IMG/VR virus record: IMGVR_UViG_3300037067_006130
Span: 1 to 64,000 of that record
Source: a virus
Lineage: Duplodnaviria > Caudoviricetes
DNA: 64,000 nt
Strand: one strand, 5' to 3'
Shown here: positions 9,863 through 20,300 of the stretch, in pieces
How the letters are laid out: each line of letters begins with the position of its first letter
Position numbering within the stretch: position 1 is the stretch's first letter
The notes under the pieces: generated by a model
Told to the model about the DNA's origin: nothing
Database searches by the model: none
What the model saw: the letters and a program-made list of their open reading frames with translations, nothing else
Translations under genes and position numbers: made by a program

Positions 9863-12800
9863 AGGAGTACAAACCGATGTAAGTATTCTTAAACATGATC
9901 CCGATTTCGCAAGAGATTCCGTGAACGGAAGATTCACCACCATTGGTAGCAATCTTTCTTGGGAATCAATCAAACTCTTCAAACAGGAAAAACAGTACAA
10001 TAGCGCTGATATTCTCGGTGCATTCAATTTTCAGGGTAATACATACTTCTTTTTTATCGATACGGTTTATTTTAACATTAGCCGATACAATCCTGTAACA
10101 AAAACATTCGCCACCTTATTTACAAGGACTAACTCGGATTTTGGGTTTAGTTCCACGTATCTAATTCGTAGCTGTTCGTTTTGGACCAACATTTCAGAAA
10201 CCAAGCTAAGAATTTATTTCACGGATGGGAATACCAATCCATGGAGTATTGATCTTCTCGACGCGTCAAGTCAAACCTGTGATATTGTAGACCTGACTTT
10301 TTCACCAAAGGTAGGAACACCTATACTAGATTTATACCAGGTATCAAACGGAGGTTCTGTTCTTTGTGGAAAATACTACTATGCTATCCAAGCGTACAAA
10401 CCATCAGGGATATCAACAGACTGGATTATGATGCATAATCCGGTTGAGGTTCCAAATCAAATGCCGATTAACTATGGTCCAGTTGACTATCAGAATATCG
10501 AAGGTGGCAATAGTACCTTAAAATCGTCATGCAAGATTGTTCTTAAACTGCTAAACTTAACTGAGTTTCATGGTTGGTATGTTAAGATTGCAGCTTTCTA
10601 CGCTATTGATGAATTTAAGATTGATACTGGTAGAGTTTTCTACGACGGAGCAGTAGGTACTGGTGAATACACCCATTCGTCAAATGTTGAGTTAGAGAGT
10701 ATCTTGCTTGAAAAGGTGATGAAAAACACCATCTCAATCAAGAAGGTTGGCGTTATGGCTTCGAATGGAGAAATTAACACGCTTGGAGATATTGAGATTA
10801 ACGAGATGGTTCCTGATGAGAATACTATTTTCGATAACATTAAGTTTAAGACAAGACCAACCATTGCGTTAAAACGATTTTCGAATGGTGCTTCAACTGG
10901 AATAGAATCTCCAATAGTTCTTGACAAGGCGACAAACAATGAGATCTATAACTTTACATCTTCAGGACAAAAGAAGCAGGCTCAGTTTTCAGAAAAACTA
11001 GCAAAAAGCTCCTTTGAAACGTTAAGCCCTAGAACATACAAAAGGTACAATGATAGCGTATGGAACAAGGATAATAAGAACTATGGGCCAGGTTTTGCTG
11101 ATTATACGAACCCTCATATAGCGTTTAGAAATAAAATTTATCGTAGTGGCGAACCATTACGCTTAGCAATAGTTCCATTCGATTTATACGGAAAACCATT
11201 ACGTCCAATCTGGATTGGAGATCTTGAATCGCAAACAGGTTACTATGCGAATGCTCCAATGACACAGCTTGCTTCCTTTAGTTCTATAATGGAAACAGTG
11301 AAGGGTACTGTATGGTTTCAGAAAAACAAGTACGGAACATCTGAGTTTGCAGCAACAGATGGTGATTTCTTTGTAAATGAATCAACAAATCCGTATAGAT
11401 TACAGCTAGATTTTAACTGGCTCGAAATAATCGGATTGGATCTAAAAGATTTTATAAGCAATGGTGTACCATTAATATCAGGATTTTCCATCGTTCAGGC
11501 AGAACCAGTAGTTAAAAGAATTGTTACCGAAGGATTCTTTACGAGAATAACAAAATCAACATTACTACCTAACCTAGTTCCGTTCTATAGTTGCAGTACT
11601 GATCTAGACACACCCCCATTTAATGGTGATGGTTGGATTCTTATATACTCACCGGAATACTTCTTTAACGGAGAGATGCCAAAAGCCGGAGATAAGATTC
11701 ACGCCACCGCATGGGAGAATACAACCTATGCGAACTGGATGGATTCTATATGGGAGTACGATAGCAATAAGCATTTAAACCTCTTTAAGTTATACTTCAG
11801 AAGATTGTTTGATTCTGCTGTTTATGATAATGTCGGAACCATTGAGAAAATCATTGAACTACCAAACCTACCAGAAACAGAAAGCATTGTTGTGGAAGGA
11901 CTAGGCACTATTGCCAATGCAGGTAGAGGAAGAAACTCTGGAGGGGTAGGAATGGGGAATAAAAAAGGCTTACTTATAAAACTAAAAGACGAAACAGGCT
12001 TATATCAGTCACTTTCAGCAAGTCAAACAAATACGAAAAATGTATTAGAGTATTGGACTTATAGGATTGAAAGGGTTGGTTATGGATTTGCATCTCAGGA
12101 TGATTCAGACTTAGCAAATACTATTTATAAGTTCATAGGGCACTATCAAAAGACAGATGCTACATTCTTTCAAAACATATTTAGAATTTCTGATCAGAGC
12201 TACAAGTGTGACATATCAGTTTATGGTGGTCAGTACTATGCTAATGTATTTGAAGTAATGCGAATTTCGAAGTTTACTAATACCAACGGTAATTCTTCAA
12301 ATACAGTATACATGCCGGTTACCTCTAAGATAAACCTTCGTATGAGAACTGGTGTTCGTCATTCAAGAAATAGAATACTTGGGGAAGCATCAGGATCTCA
12401 TATAAATCTGGGAGGAATAGGAATCGCTAGTAATAGAGGACAGTTTGAAGATTTTCTTTACGGAACGTCATATCTCTCAAAGAATTCAGGGAGAGAGTTA
12501 GTACCAGTACCGAATGACTTCGAGATAAATACTAAGCTAACGAATGTTATCTACTGGTCGGAAAAACAAGCACTTCAAGGAGATCAGGATTATTTCAGAA
12601 AAATATATTCTGATTCATATGCAATATGCGATGTGAATGGAAAGAATATCCGTGGATTGGAATTTACTAAGGATAAGTTAATTGTGTTCCAACAGAATGC
12701 CATTGGATTTTTACCATACATGGAAAGAATGTTGGCCAATATGTCAAACAACACAAATCTTGTTGTTTCCTATGGTTCTATCTTTCCTAAGTACGAGAGT

Positions 12801-13547
12801 ATAGATAATCTAAATGGGATTGACCACAACCTTATGAAGATTACTACTCCTTCAGGTATTGTATTCTATAATTCATCTGATGGAACATTAAACATACTTG
12901 GTGAGGGAATCGAAGATTTTGCTAGAAAATTGGGTATCGTTAATCTAGTTAAAACATATCTAACAAGTATTAAGTCATTAATGTATAGCAAAGAAACTAA
13001 ATGCTTAATGGTTCTATCAGGCAATAAGATTCTTGAAGTATCTATGAATCCTTTCATTGTTAATGGAATTCAGCATCTTGATAATACTTACTCAATTAGT
13101 ATATACCCTTTTGGTGAAAAAGTAGCAATTATCGATAAGCTAGAGCGGGGTGGTGGTATTAAGATTTATACTGAAAGTGAAAGCGGTACAGTTAAGCTTA
13201 ATAGCTACTATTCTATTCTTCTCGTTGTTGGTGCGGATAAACGTGATATTTTCAAGAAAATATTCGATAATATCATCATACATACCCTTGAAGGTTTACA
13301 ACCAGAAACGATACAGTTTTTTGTTGGAAACCTTCAATCTATCCAAGAAACTTTGGCTAATAATGAATATGTCACTATTAATGGTTCAACGATTTATATG
13401 GCTGTTCCATTCATTGACATCCCCAATTCAGAAGGGATATTGCAACATTCAAGGGTTGCCGACTCTTCGGTTTGTGCAGTACTTCTAAGATCACTTAATC
13501 GATTTGCCCTTGAGAGTTTAATTTGTGAATACCGTAACGCGAAATAA
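9837..13547 (+). CDS. Tail stabilisation / muzzle protein (Tstab, P22 gp10-like)
   Basis: 1236 aa, beta-rich, N-terminal RDSVNGRF motif, GKYYYAIQAY; size and position match crAss Tstab. Confidence 0.7.
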   Translation: MVTSTFPSKGVQTDVSILKHDPDFARDSVNGRFTTIGSNLSWESIKLFKQEKQYNSADILGAFNFQGNTYFFFIDTVYFNISRYNPVTKTFATLFTRTNSDFGFSSTYLIRSCSFWTNISETKLRIYFTDGNTNPWSIDLLDASSQTCDIVDLTFSPKVGTPILDLYQVSNGGSVLCGKYYYAIQAYKPSGISTDWIMMHNPVEVPNQMPINYGPVDYQNIEGGNSTLKSSCKIVLKLLNLTEFHGWYVKIAAFYAIDEFKIDTGRVFYDGAVGTGEYTHSSNVELESILLEKVMKNTISIKKVGVMASNGEINTLGDIEINEMVPDENTIFDNIKFKTRPTIALKRFSNGASTGIESPIVLDKATNNEIYNFTSSGQKKQAQFSEKLAKSSFETLSPRTYKRYNDSVWNKDNKNYGPGFADYTNPHIAFRNKIYRSGEPLRLAIVPFDLYGKPLRPIWIGDLESQTGYYANAPMTQLASFSSIMETVKGTVWFQKNKYGTSEFAATDGDFFVNESTNPYRLQLDFNWLEIIGLDLKDFISNGVPLISGFSIVQAEPVVKRIVTEGFFTRITKSTLLPNLVPFYSCSTDLDTPPFNGDGWILIYSPEYFFNGEMPKAGDKIHATAWENTTYANWMDSIWEYDSNKHLNLFKLYFRRLFDSAVYDNVGTIEKIIELPNLPETESIVVEGLGTIANAGRGRNSGGVGMGNKKGLLIKLKDETGLYQSLSASQTNTKNVLEYWTYRIERVGYGFASQDDSDLANTIYKFIGHYQKTDATFFQNIFRISDQSYKCDISVYGGQYYANVFEVMRISKFTNTNGNSSNTVYMPVTSKINLRMRTGVRHSRNRILGEASGSHINLGGIGIASNRGQFEDFLYGTSYLSKNSGRELVPVPNDFEINTKLTNVIYWSEKQALQGDQDYFRKIYSDSYAICDVNGKNIRGLEFTKDKLIVFQQNAIGFLPYMERMLANMSNNTNLVVSYGSIFPKYESIDNLNGIDHNLMKITTPSGIVFYNSSDGTLNILGEGIEDFARKLGIVNLVKTYLTSIKSLMYSKETKCLMVLSGNKILEVSMNPFIVNGIQHLDNTYSISIYPFGEKVAIIDKLERGGGIKIYTESESGTVKLNSYYSILLVVGADKRDIFKKIFDNIIIHTLEGLQPETIQFFVGNLQSIQETLANNEYVTINGSTIYMAVPFIDIPNSEGILQHSRVADSSVCAVLLRSLNRFALESLICEYRNAK

Positions 13548-13548
13548 C

Positions 13549-15771
13549 ATGGCACTACTAGAAGAAAAAACCCAGTACGATAATATGGTCAAGACTCTAG
13601 GGGCAGACCATCCCGATACCATTGCGGCGAAACAAAAACTTCGTGCGAAGCAAATGGGTATCGCTTCGGCAGTGACAACAGGCACAACGATGGCTACTGA
13701 ATTTATTGATCCAAATAGAGAGGATGGTACTGTCAATACTAAACAGGCAATGGCAAAATCAGCACTTACCATGGGTGCTCAAGGTGCTGCTGCAGGAATG
13801 GCTTTTGGACCAGTTGGTGCATTAGTTGGTGGTGGCTTGGGAGCTATTGGTGGTGCATTATTCGGAAAGAAATCAGCAAATGCACAAAACAGACGAGTTC
13901 GTAACGCTAATCTAAAAGCGTTTTCAAAGAAAATATCTTTCGCTGCAGATAAAGAGGAATCACTATTCAACTCGAATGCACCTCAGTATCTTTCAAAAGG
14001 TGGAGAAGTTAAAAAAGGAAAAGATGAAATTCTAGATAGTGAAGGAAGAAAACGTGATACACTTCTTCGTAAAGCACAAGAAAAGTTAACCCTTGCCCTG
14101 CAGAAGAAATATCCTAATATTCCAATGGCCGATTTTATCAAACGATACGGTTCTGAAGATTATGATTCTAGAAAGATTGAGGACTATGCCGTTGCTTTTG
14201 AAGGACAGTATGGTAAAACATATCTTACACCTGAAGAGATGAAGGCAGTTTTAGGCGCGGAAGAATATTCAAAATATCAAAATAATCTTAAGTTACATCT
14301 CAAGAGCCAATGGGGTTCAGTTAAGAATGTTAATGGTGAACTAGAACAGAAGATAGCCGCAGAATCAACTTCATTTGGGCCTAGACATATGTTAGGTCGA
14401 TATGCCTGGAATGACTTACGAAATGGTGGTGGCCCATACGGTGCTATGAATAATCCTGAATTTAATCCGAGTGGATGGGTATATGGTAAAAAAGGTAAGG
14501 ATGTCAATACCGCTAAGGTAACCGACCAATCATTTGTTATTCCTGCTACGGATAATCCTAAATTAAATGACACAGTTGAAAAGATTGCTCGTGTAGCGGG
14601 TATTGATAAATCATTACAGAAGAATAATAACAAAGGAAATACAGAGGTTAAACTAACTAAAGACGAATTAGTAGTTAGCCCTGAAAAAGTTCAAGAATTA
14701 CAACAAAAAGGGATAGATTTAACTGCAGTAAAAGATTCTATCAATGCCGATAAGGAGAAAGGAAAAACTATGAAACCAACAAGAAAATATTTAGGCAAAT
14801 TCGCTAAAGGAGGTTTGGTTAAAACTCAAAAAGAGATTGATGATGAACTTTTACGAATAAAATTAGGACTTCCCTCAGCTAATTTAAAAGGTGTTTCAGA
14901 TCCTAGAATGAGTGGAATTAATATTCGAAAAAATGATTCTAAGAAACGTTTATTAAAGTCAGATGTTAATACAATAGGCGATTCTGAATTCGTTAAGAAA
15001 AGTATTGATGTAACTAAAGCGCCTATAACTGTTGGTGAAAAGAAAAAACCTACTAAATCTAGTGATAAATCGACAAGTGAATCTACCACTACTACTGATC
15101 CATTTGCTTCTGATTCCAACTATAAAACGGATAGAATTATTGCAACAATGCAAAGTGTTGCTGGTATTGCAGGTCAGATAAAAAATGAACAAGCAGTTCG
15201 TAGAAATTTTAGACAACAACAAAATGTTGCGGATAAAGCAAAAGCCGAAGAGGAAGGAGCAATATTCGCTTCTGCAGCAGAAAAAAGAGCTGCTATTGAA
15301 ACTGGATTTAAAGATACTCGAAATACGATTGAGAGATTAAAGAAAGGAAGTATGAAGGATCTTGCCAAGAATTCACTAACTACTGCTGAGTTTGGTGCCA
15401 ATTACGCACAAACAGCAGCAGCGTTAGGGGATAAGGTTGGTGATGCAAATCTCGCAAAAACATCTGCTATTCTTAACGTACAAGGAGATGCAACAAGTCA
15501 AATTAGAGATACCATTCGTTCAGCAAAACAAGATGATTTGAATCGTTTATCCACTGAGAACGGATTGAATAGTGCTAAACTTACCCAATCCGCATTACTT
15601 CAGAAAGCAGGAATTGATAATCTTCTTTCCTCTATCAAACAGGAAAGGAATGAAACTATACGAAAACGCAAGATGAACCAGTTACTTAAATTCGCAAAAG
15701 ATAATAACCTAAGCCTACGTCAGCTCGGTTACATTAACGACGAGGATGTTGCAAATCTAGGAGGAAAGTAG
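13549..15771 (+). CDS. Virion cargo (ejected) protein 1
   Basis: ATG 13549 is the likely start. Glycine zipper (GAAAGMAFGPVGALVGGGLGAIGGALFG), two xKGGxVK motifs, coiled-coil C-terminus; first of three cargo genes. Confidence 0.6.
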   Translation: MALLEEKTQYDNMVKTLGADHPDTIAAKQKLRAKQMGIASAVTTGTTMATEFIDPNREDGTVNTKQAMAKSALTMGAQGAAAGMAFGPVGALVGGGLGAIGGALFGKKSANAQNRRVRNANLKAFSKKISFAADKEESLFNSNAPQYLSKGGEVKKGKDEILDSEGRKRDTLLRKAQEKLTLALQKKYPNIPMADFIKRYGSEDYDSRKIEDYAVAFEGQYGKTYLTPEEMKAVLGAEEYSKYQNNLKLHLKSQWGSVKNVNGELEQKIAAESTSFGPRHMLGRYAWNDLRNGGGPYGAMNNPEFNPSGWVYGKKGKDVNTAKVTDQSFVIPATDNPKLNDTVEKIARVAGIDKSLQKNNNKGNTEVKLTKDELVVSPEKVQELQQKGIDLTAVKDSINADKEKGKTMKPTRKYLGKFAKGGLVKTQKEIDDELLRIKLGLPSANLKGVSDPRMSGINIRKNDSKKRLLKSDVNTIGDSEFVKKSIDVTKAPITVGEKKKPTKSSDKSTSESTTTTDPFASDSNYKTDRIIATMQSVAGIAGQIKNEQAVRRNFRQQQNVADKAKAEEEGAIFASAAEKRAAIETGFKDTRNTIERLKKGSMKDLAKNSLTTAEFGANYAQTAAALGDKVGDANLAKTSAILNVQGDATSQIRDTIRSAKQDDLNRLSTENGLNSAKLTQSALLQKAGIDNLLSSIKQERNETIRKRKMNQLLKFAKDNNLSLRQLGYINDEDVANLGGK

Positions 15772-15772
15772 T

Positions 15773-17338
15773 ATGCCTGAGAATTTCGATACATACGGAC
15801 AGATTAGCCCAATGGGATTTACGCAAGACTATGGCAATCAAACCGAACAACAGTTGGATAATACATACCTCAACATGGCGTTTAATTTCGAGGAACAGAG
15901 AAATGCTGTACTTCTAAAGAAACAACATGAACTGGATGCGTTAGGACAACAAATTACTGCAGAGCATGAGAAGATTGCTGATACTTCTTTTGTGAAAGAC
16001 AAGACTATTCTAGAACAAGGATTTAGAGAGGGTATCGATAAACTTAAAAATTTGTATAAAACTCCGGGGGATAAACGAGATGTGGAGTGGTATCGTTTAA
16101 AGGATGATTACACCAAAAATATCAATTCTGAAGCCATTAATAATGACCTTTACAATAAGGATAAGTATAAAGAACATTACGACGCTATGCGTTCAGGAGC
16201 AATATCCGTTACCGACTTCTATGATTGGAAATCAAAGTTTATGCAAGAGGCAGAACAAGGAATAAAGACAACAATTCCCGATCCACCTTCAGCAAAAGAG
16301 AATATGTACGCAACAGGTATGCAGGTTATCAATGATGCTACATGGAATCCTGCAACAGATTTTGAGGCCGACGGCACCACGATTAATAAGAATTCATGGA
16401 AGAGTATGATTGATAATCGTATCATTGAAGCGGTATATCCTAGCGCACATGCTAAGTTTTTGAATCTACCTGAAGCAGAACGTGATAAATACTATGAGTT
16501 AAGTGGAGATAAAAATCATGAGTATAATAGCGAAGAGAAAACTCGTTCAGCGATTAAGCAGTATATCTACGAGCAGTTTGAAGGTCAACGTTACCGTTTA
16601 ACTGAACAAGCATATCAGCAAAGAGTTCTTGCTCATGCCCGGTCAACCAAGACTGAACCACGTTCTCTTTTTGATGAAACGGTACTTCCATACCTAAACC
16701 AGATTAGTCCTGAGTATACCGATAAGGCAGGTGTTACCCATAAAGAGCAACGTAGAACCTTTAAAATGCTTGCACCGGATTTGCTTACCTCTACTCCACG
16801 AAATATGTACGTTCAGAATCAAGAGGTATCGTTTGCTAATGAAGTTCGGAAAGGAAAGGTTTATGTAAATTTTAGAATTCCTGATGGGCAATCAAAGTAT
16901 CTTCTTGATGCAGAGAAACGTAGAAAAGCAGGGGCGAAAGTAGATGTAGGTTGGGAACAGAATGAGGTTCGTGCAAACATCATGGATGAACCAGTAGTTC
17001 TTACCGCAACGAATATGCAGAATGTCATAGATAACGTTAATGAATTTTATGACGAGAACGGACAACCTATTGAAAACTTAACTGAAAGCGATAAAATTGC
17101 AATTCGTCAATCACTAATGCTTTCGTATCGTGATAGAACAATTACCGATGAATCTGCTCAATACGCATTTACAGGAGTAAAAGAACCTATCTACGTAATA
17201 CCAAACAATATCAGCAAGAGCAATTCATTTAAACACATTACCCGAGGCATTTACGATGCAACCCTTACAACCTACAACAAGTATGTAGGAGATAATGGCG
17301 GTATGGCAGGTGTTGATGGAATGGAAGTTGAACGTTAG
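15773..17338 (+). CDS. Virion cargo (ejected) protein 2
   Basis: 521-aa helical protein directly before the giant RNAP gene, as in the crAss cargo trio. Confidence 0.55.
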   Translation: MPENFDTYGQISPMGFTQDYGNQTEQQLDNTYLNMAFNFEEQRNAVLLKKQHELDALGQQITAEHEKIADTSFVKDKTILEQGFREGIDKLKNLYKTPGDKRDVEWYRLKDDYTKNINSEAINNDLYNKDKYKEHYDAMRSGAISVTDFYDWKSKFMQEAEQGIKTTIPDPPSAKENMYATGMQVINDATWNPATDFEADGTTINKNSWKSMIDNRIIEAVYPSAHAKFLNLPEAERDKYYELSGDKNHEYNSEEKTRSAIKQYIYEQFEGQRYRLTEQAYQQRVLAHARSTKTEPRSLFDETVLPYLNQISPEYTDKAGVTHKEQRRTFKMLAPDLLTSTPRNMYVQNQEVSFANEVRKGKVYVNFRIPDGQSKYLLDAEKRRKAGAKVDVGWEQNEVRANIMDEPVVLTATNMQNVIDNVNEFYDENGQPIENLTESDKIAIRQSLMLSYRDRTITDESAQYAFTGVKEPIYVIPNNISKSNSFKHITRGIYDATLTTYNKYVGDNGGMAGVDGMEVER

Positions 17339-17353
17339 TAAAAAAATAAAACA

Positions 17354-20300
17354 ATGGCTTACCCTCTAGGTCCTGATAATAATCAATCTCAAGGTTTTGA
17401 TCTTTTTGGAAAAATCGTTAAACCCGAGGAACTTGAACTAGTAAAGAAGGATACTACCTACAACGAAACGATGTATAACACATTGGCGGGTGAAGGTAAA
17501 TATCCGTTCAGTAGCTATGACCAGTTCCAAAAGGAAACAATGGATCCTGAGATTTGGAAAAAAAATAAAGAGGAAAAATTACAAAAGGATATCGAGGAAA
17601 AGAAACGCCTGAAGGATGAGTACATGAAAGGTCAGGCCACCATGCAGCATGGTGACTACTATAATACTCCCGAAGGTCAGGAACTAAAAAAGAAACAGGC
17701 TGAGGTTGAAACATCGGATGATGATCTAGAAAAGTTTAAGATTGAACATACCGAAAACTATAAACCATTAGTTGACGAGTTTGAAGCGCTGGACAAAGAT
17801 CCTGCAAACTACGAAAAGAATATTCAAAACTTTAAGGCAAAACTTGATTCTATCTACGGTAAACAGTCAGGATTAGCCTTTGAAAAAATTGCAATACACC
17901 ATGTTGATAATGTTGACAAATCTCAACGTGAACGCAATGAGGATGGTACTTATAAGAATCCGCTATACAAGAATACTTCAGACGAGATAACCCAAGAAAG
18001 TGCTATAACCCAACAGAAGTATTTAAAACGTTCTTTTGACGAAGCTCAGAAATTTATTCAAAGTCCTGAAGGGCAGGATGAGGTTATGCGTAGGGTTACC
18101 AGTCAGGTAGGTGATATGGTAAAACAGTACAAACAGAACTATGCCAAGCTTACACCTGCTCAGAAGATATCATTCGAACAGGCATACAATGGTGCTATTC
18201 AAGACGAACTATCTGCAGTACATAAAGAGAAGTATTCACAGATGATGGAATCTTCCGCAAAAGCGGTTCCTGAAGAAGTACAACAGTATGTTTCAACTGC
18301 TCTAAAGAACATTCGCGATAATGCGAAAAACTCTACCTACGAGGAACGTCAAAAGAATTTAGAGCTAATCGAGAATACTGCAATCGGTGAGATAAAGGAT
18401 CCTGAGTTAAGGAAGAAATTGTTTAGCAATCCCGAAGCGTTGAAAGAGTTTCGTTCGGACCTTCGGTTCTACATGCATAACAATACTGACTATTTCCTTG
18501 ACCAGAATGGTTGGAATCCCGATATCGTTAAGAATAATACCAGGTACTATCAGGATGTTATTCTAAAAGCTCAAACTCCTACCAAGCAGGCGATGGAAGA
18601 TCACTATGAGCAGAAAGATAATCTTCAAAAATTGATTGGTAATACTGTTCCGTCAAAAACTCTCGCCAATAGTAAAACCACCAATGAGGTTCTACTCGAG
18701 ATGTTAAATAGTCCTTTAGAAAGTTGGCAATCACTTGAGGTTGATATCTCAAAGGCGATTGATTCGAAGAAGGATATCCGTTTAGTGACTCAACCAACCT
18801 TAAAGGATAATTGGAATGCGATTGATATCTCCAAGAAAATTAAGTACGATGAAAGTTTGTCTTTCGGGGAAAACGCATTAGCGAACATTTGGGGCATTAA
18901 AAAGACTAAACCGTTCGAATGGACAGATGAAAAGCAGAGTAGACTGGATAGCCTTGCTAAATATGCTTTAGGAGTAGATACTTATGATAAGTTAATAGAC
19001 CAATCTATTAAAATGTCTAACTCCATGTTTGCTACTGAAGATTTCAAACAGCAGGAATTAAAGAATCAGGCGATATGGAATACTCAAAAAGCCGTTGCGG
19101 AAAATGCTAAAAAACAGTATGACGAACTTTTATTAGAACGCAATAAGGGTATATACGAATATGATCGTTTAAAGAGAATTGCTGAATCGAATAAACCTGA
19201 AGGGGAAAAGGATGGTGTTATCACGAGAACACTTACCTCTTTTGCTCATTCACTGGGTTCAGTACTTCAGGGAACAGCAGAACAGAGTATCGCACTAGAT
19301 AATCTTTTAAGTAAAGCCGGAATTAAATCGTCAGATTCTCAACGTTCAAATCTTCGTGCCTGGTCACAACTTGGTTCGGAAGTCGCTAGAGATTTGCCTA
19401 TTGCAGAGTCGAAAAAAGAAGAGTTTATTTCAGGACTTGCACCGTATATTGCTCTTGCGGCAACAACCATACTAACCAAAAATCCAACCGTTGCTTATGC
19501 ATCATCGGGTGCTTTCGGGTATATGGGTGTTGGAGAGGCAACACAATCCATCGAGGATTACGAAAATCAAACAGGTAAAACCTTATCAGAACGTCAGGCA
19601 TTAGGGGCAAAGGCTATGTATGCATTAGCCTATACTCTTCCAATGGCAGAATATCTTGGCAAATTAATTCCTAAAGGATTAATCGGTAAGGGAATGGCAA
19701 CGGTATTCAAGAGTAATCCTAAGATGTTTATTCAATCCGGTGAGGAAATGGTTAATGCATATCTAAAGAAATATCCAAAAGCATTACCGCTTCTAGAACG
19801 AGTACTGGACTACGGTAAAAAGATGGCCAGTGGAACTACTCATAGTGTAGTTACTATGGAAGCCATTAACACCATGAAAGAGCTAGGGAATAACTGGTTC
19901 ATGGAGAAAAAGTGGGATTGGGATGAGTACCTACAGAATTCCGCAAAAAGTCTTGAGAGTGGTATCGCATTCGGTGTCCTTGTTTCTCCATTCTCTATTG
20001 CTATGGCAAATAAGGCAACTAGGGATAGAAGGAATCAACAAGGTTCTGTATACCTTGCTCAGGATAAGAATGGGAATACGGTAGAGGTAATTCATGATGG
20101 GAAAGATGTATACGGTCTTTCGCCTAAAGGAGAAAAAGTAAAACTTACCGAGGAACAAATTGCTAATCAGGTAGTCGTTCCTGTCAAAATATTCGATCAA
20201 AACGTTAAGTACTTCCGGGAACATGGTACAACAGATCCTAACATTAATCGTGATGTTGTTTCAGAGAGTGTTAAAACCAAGTTAAACGAGGTAAGCACTT

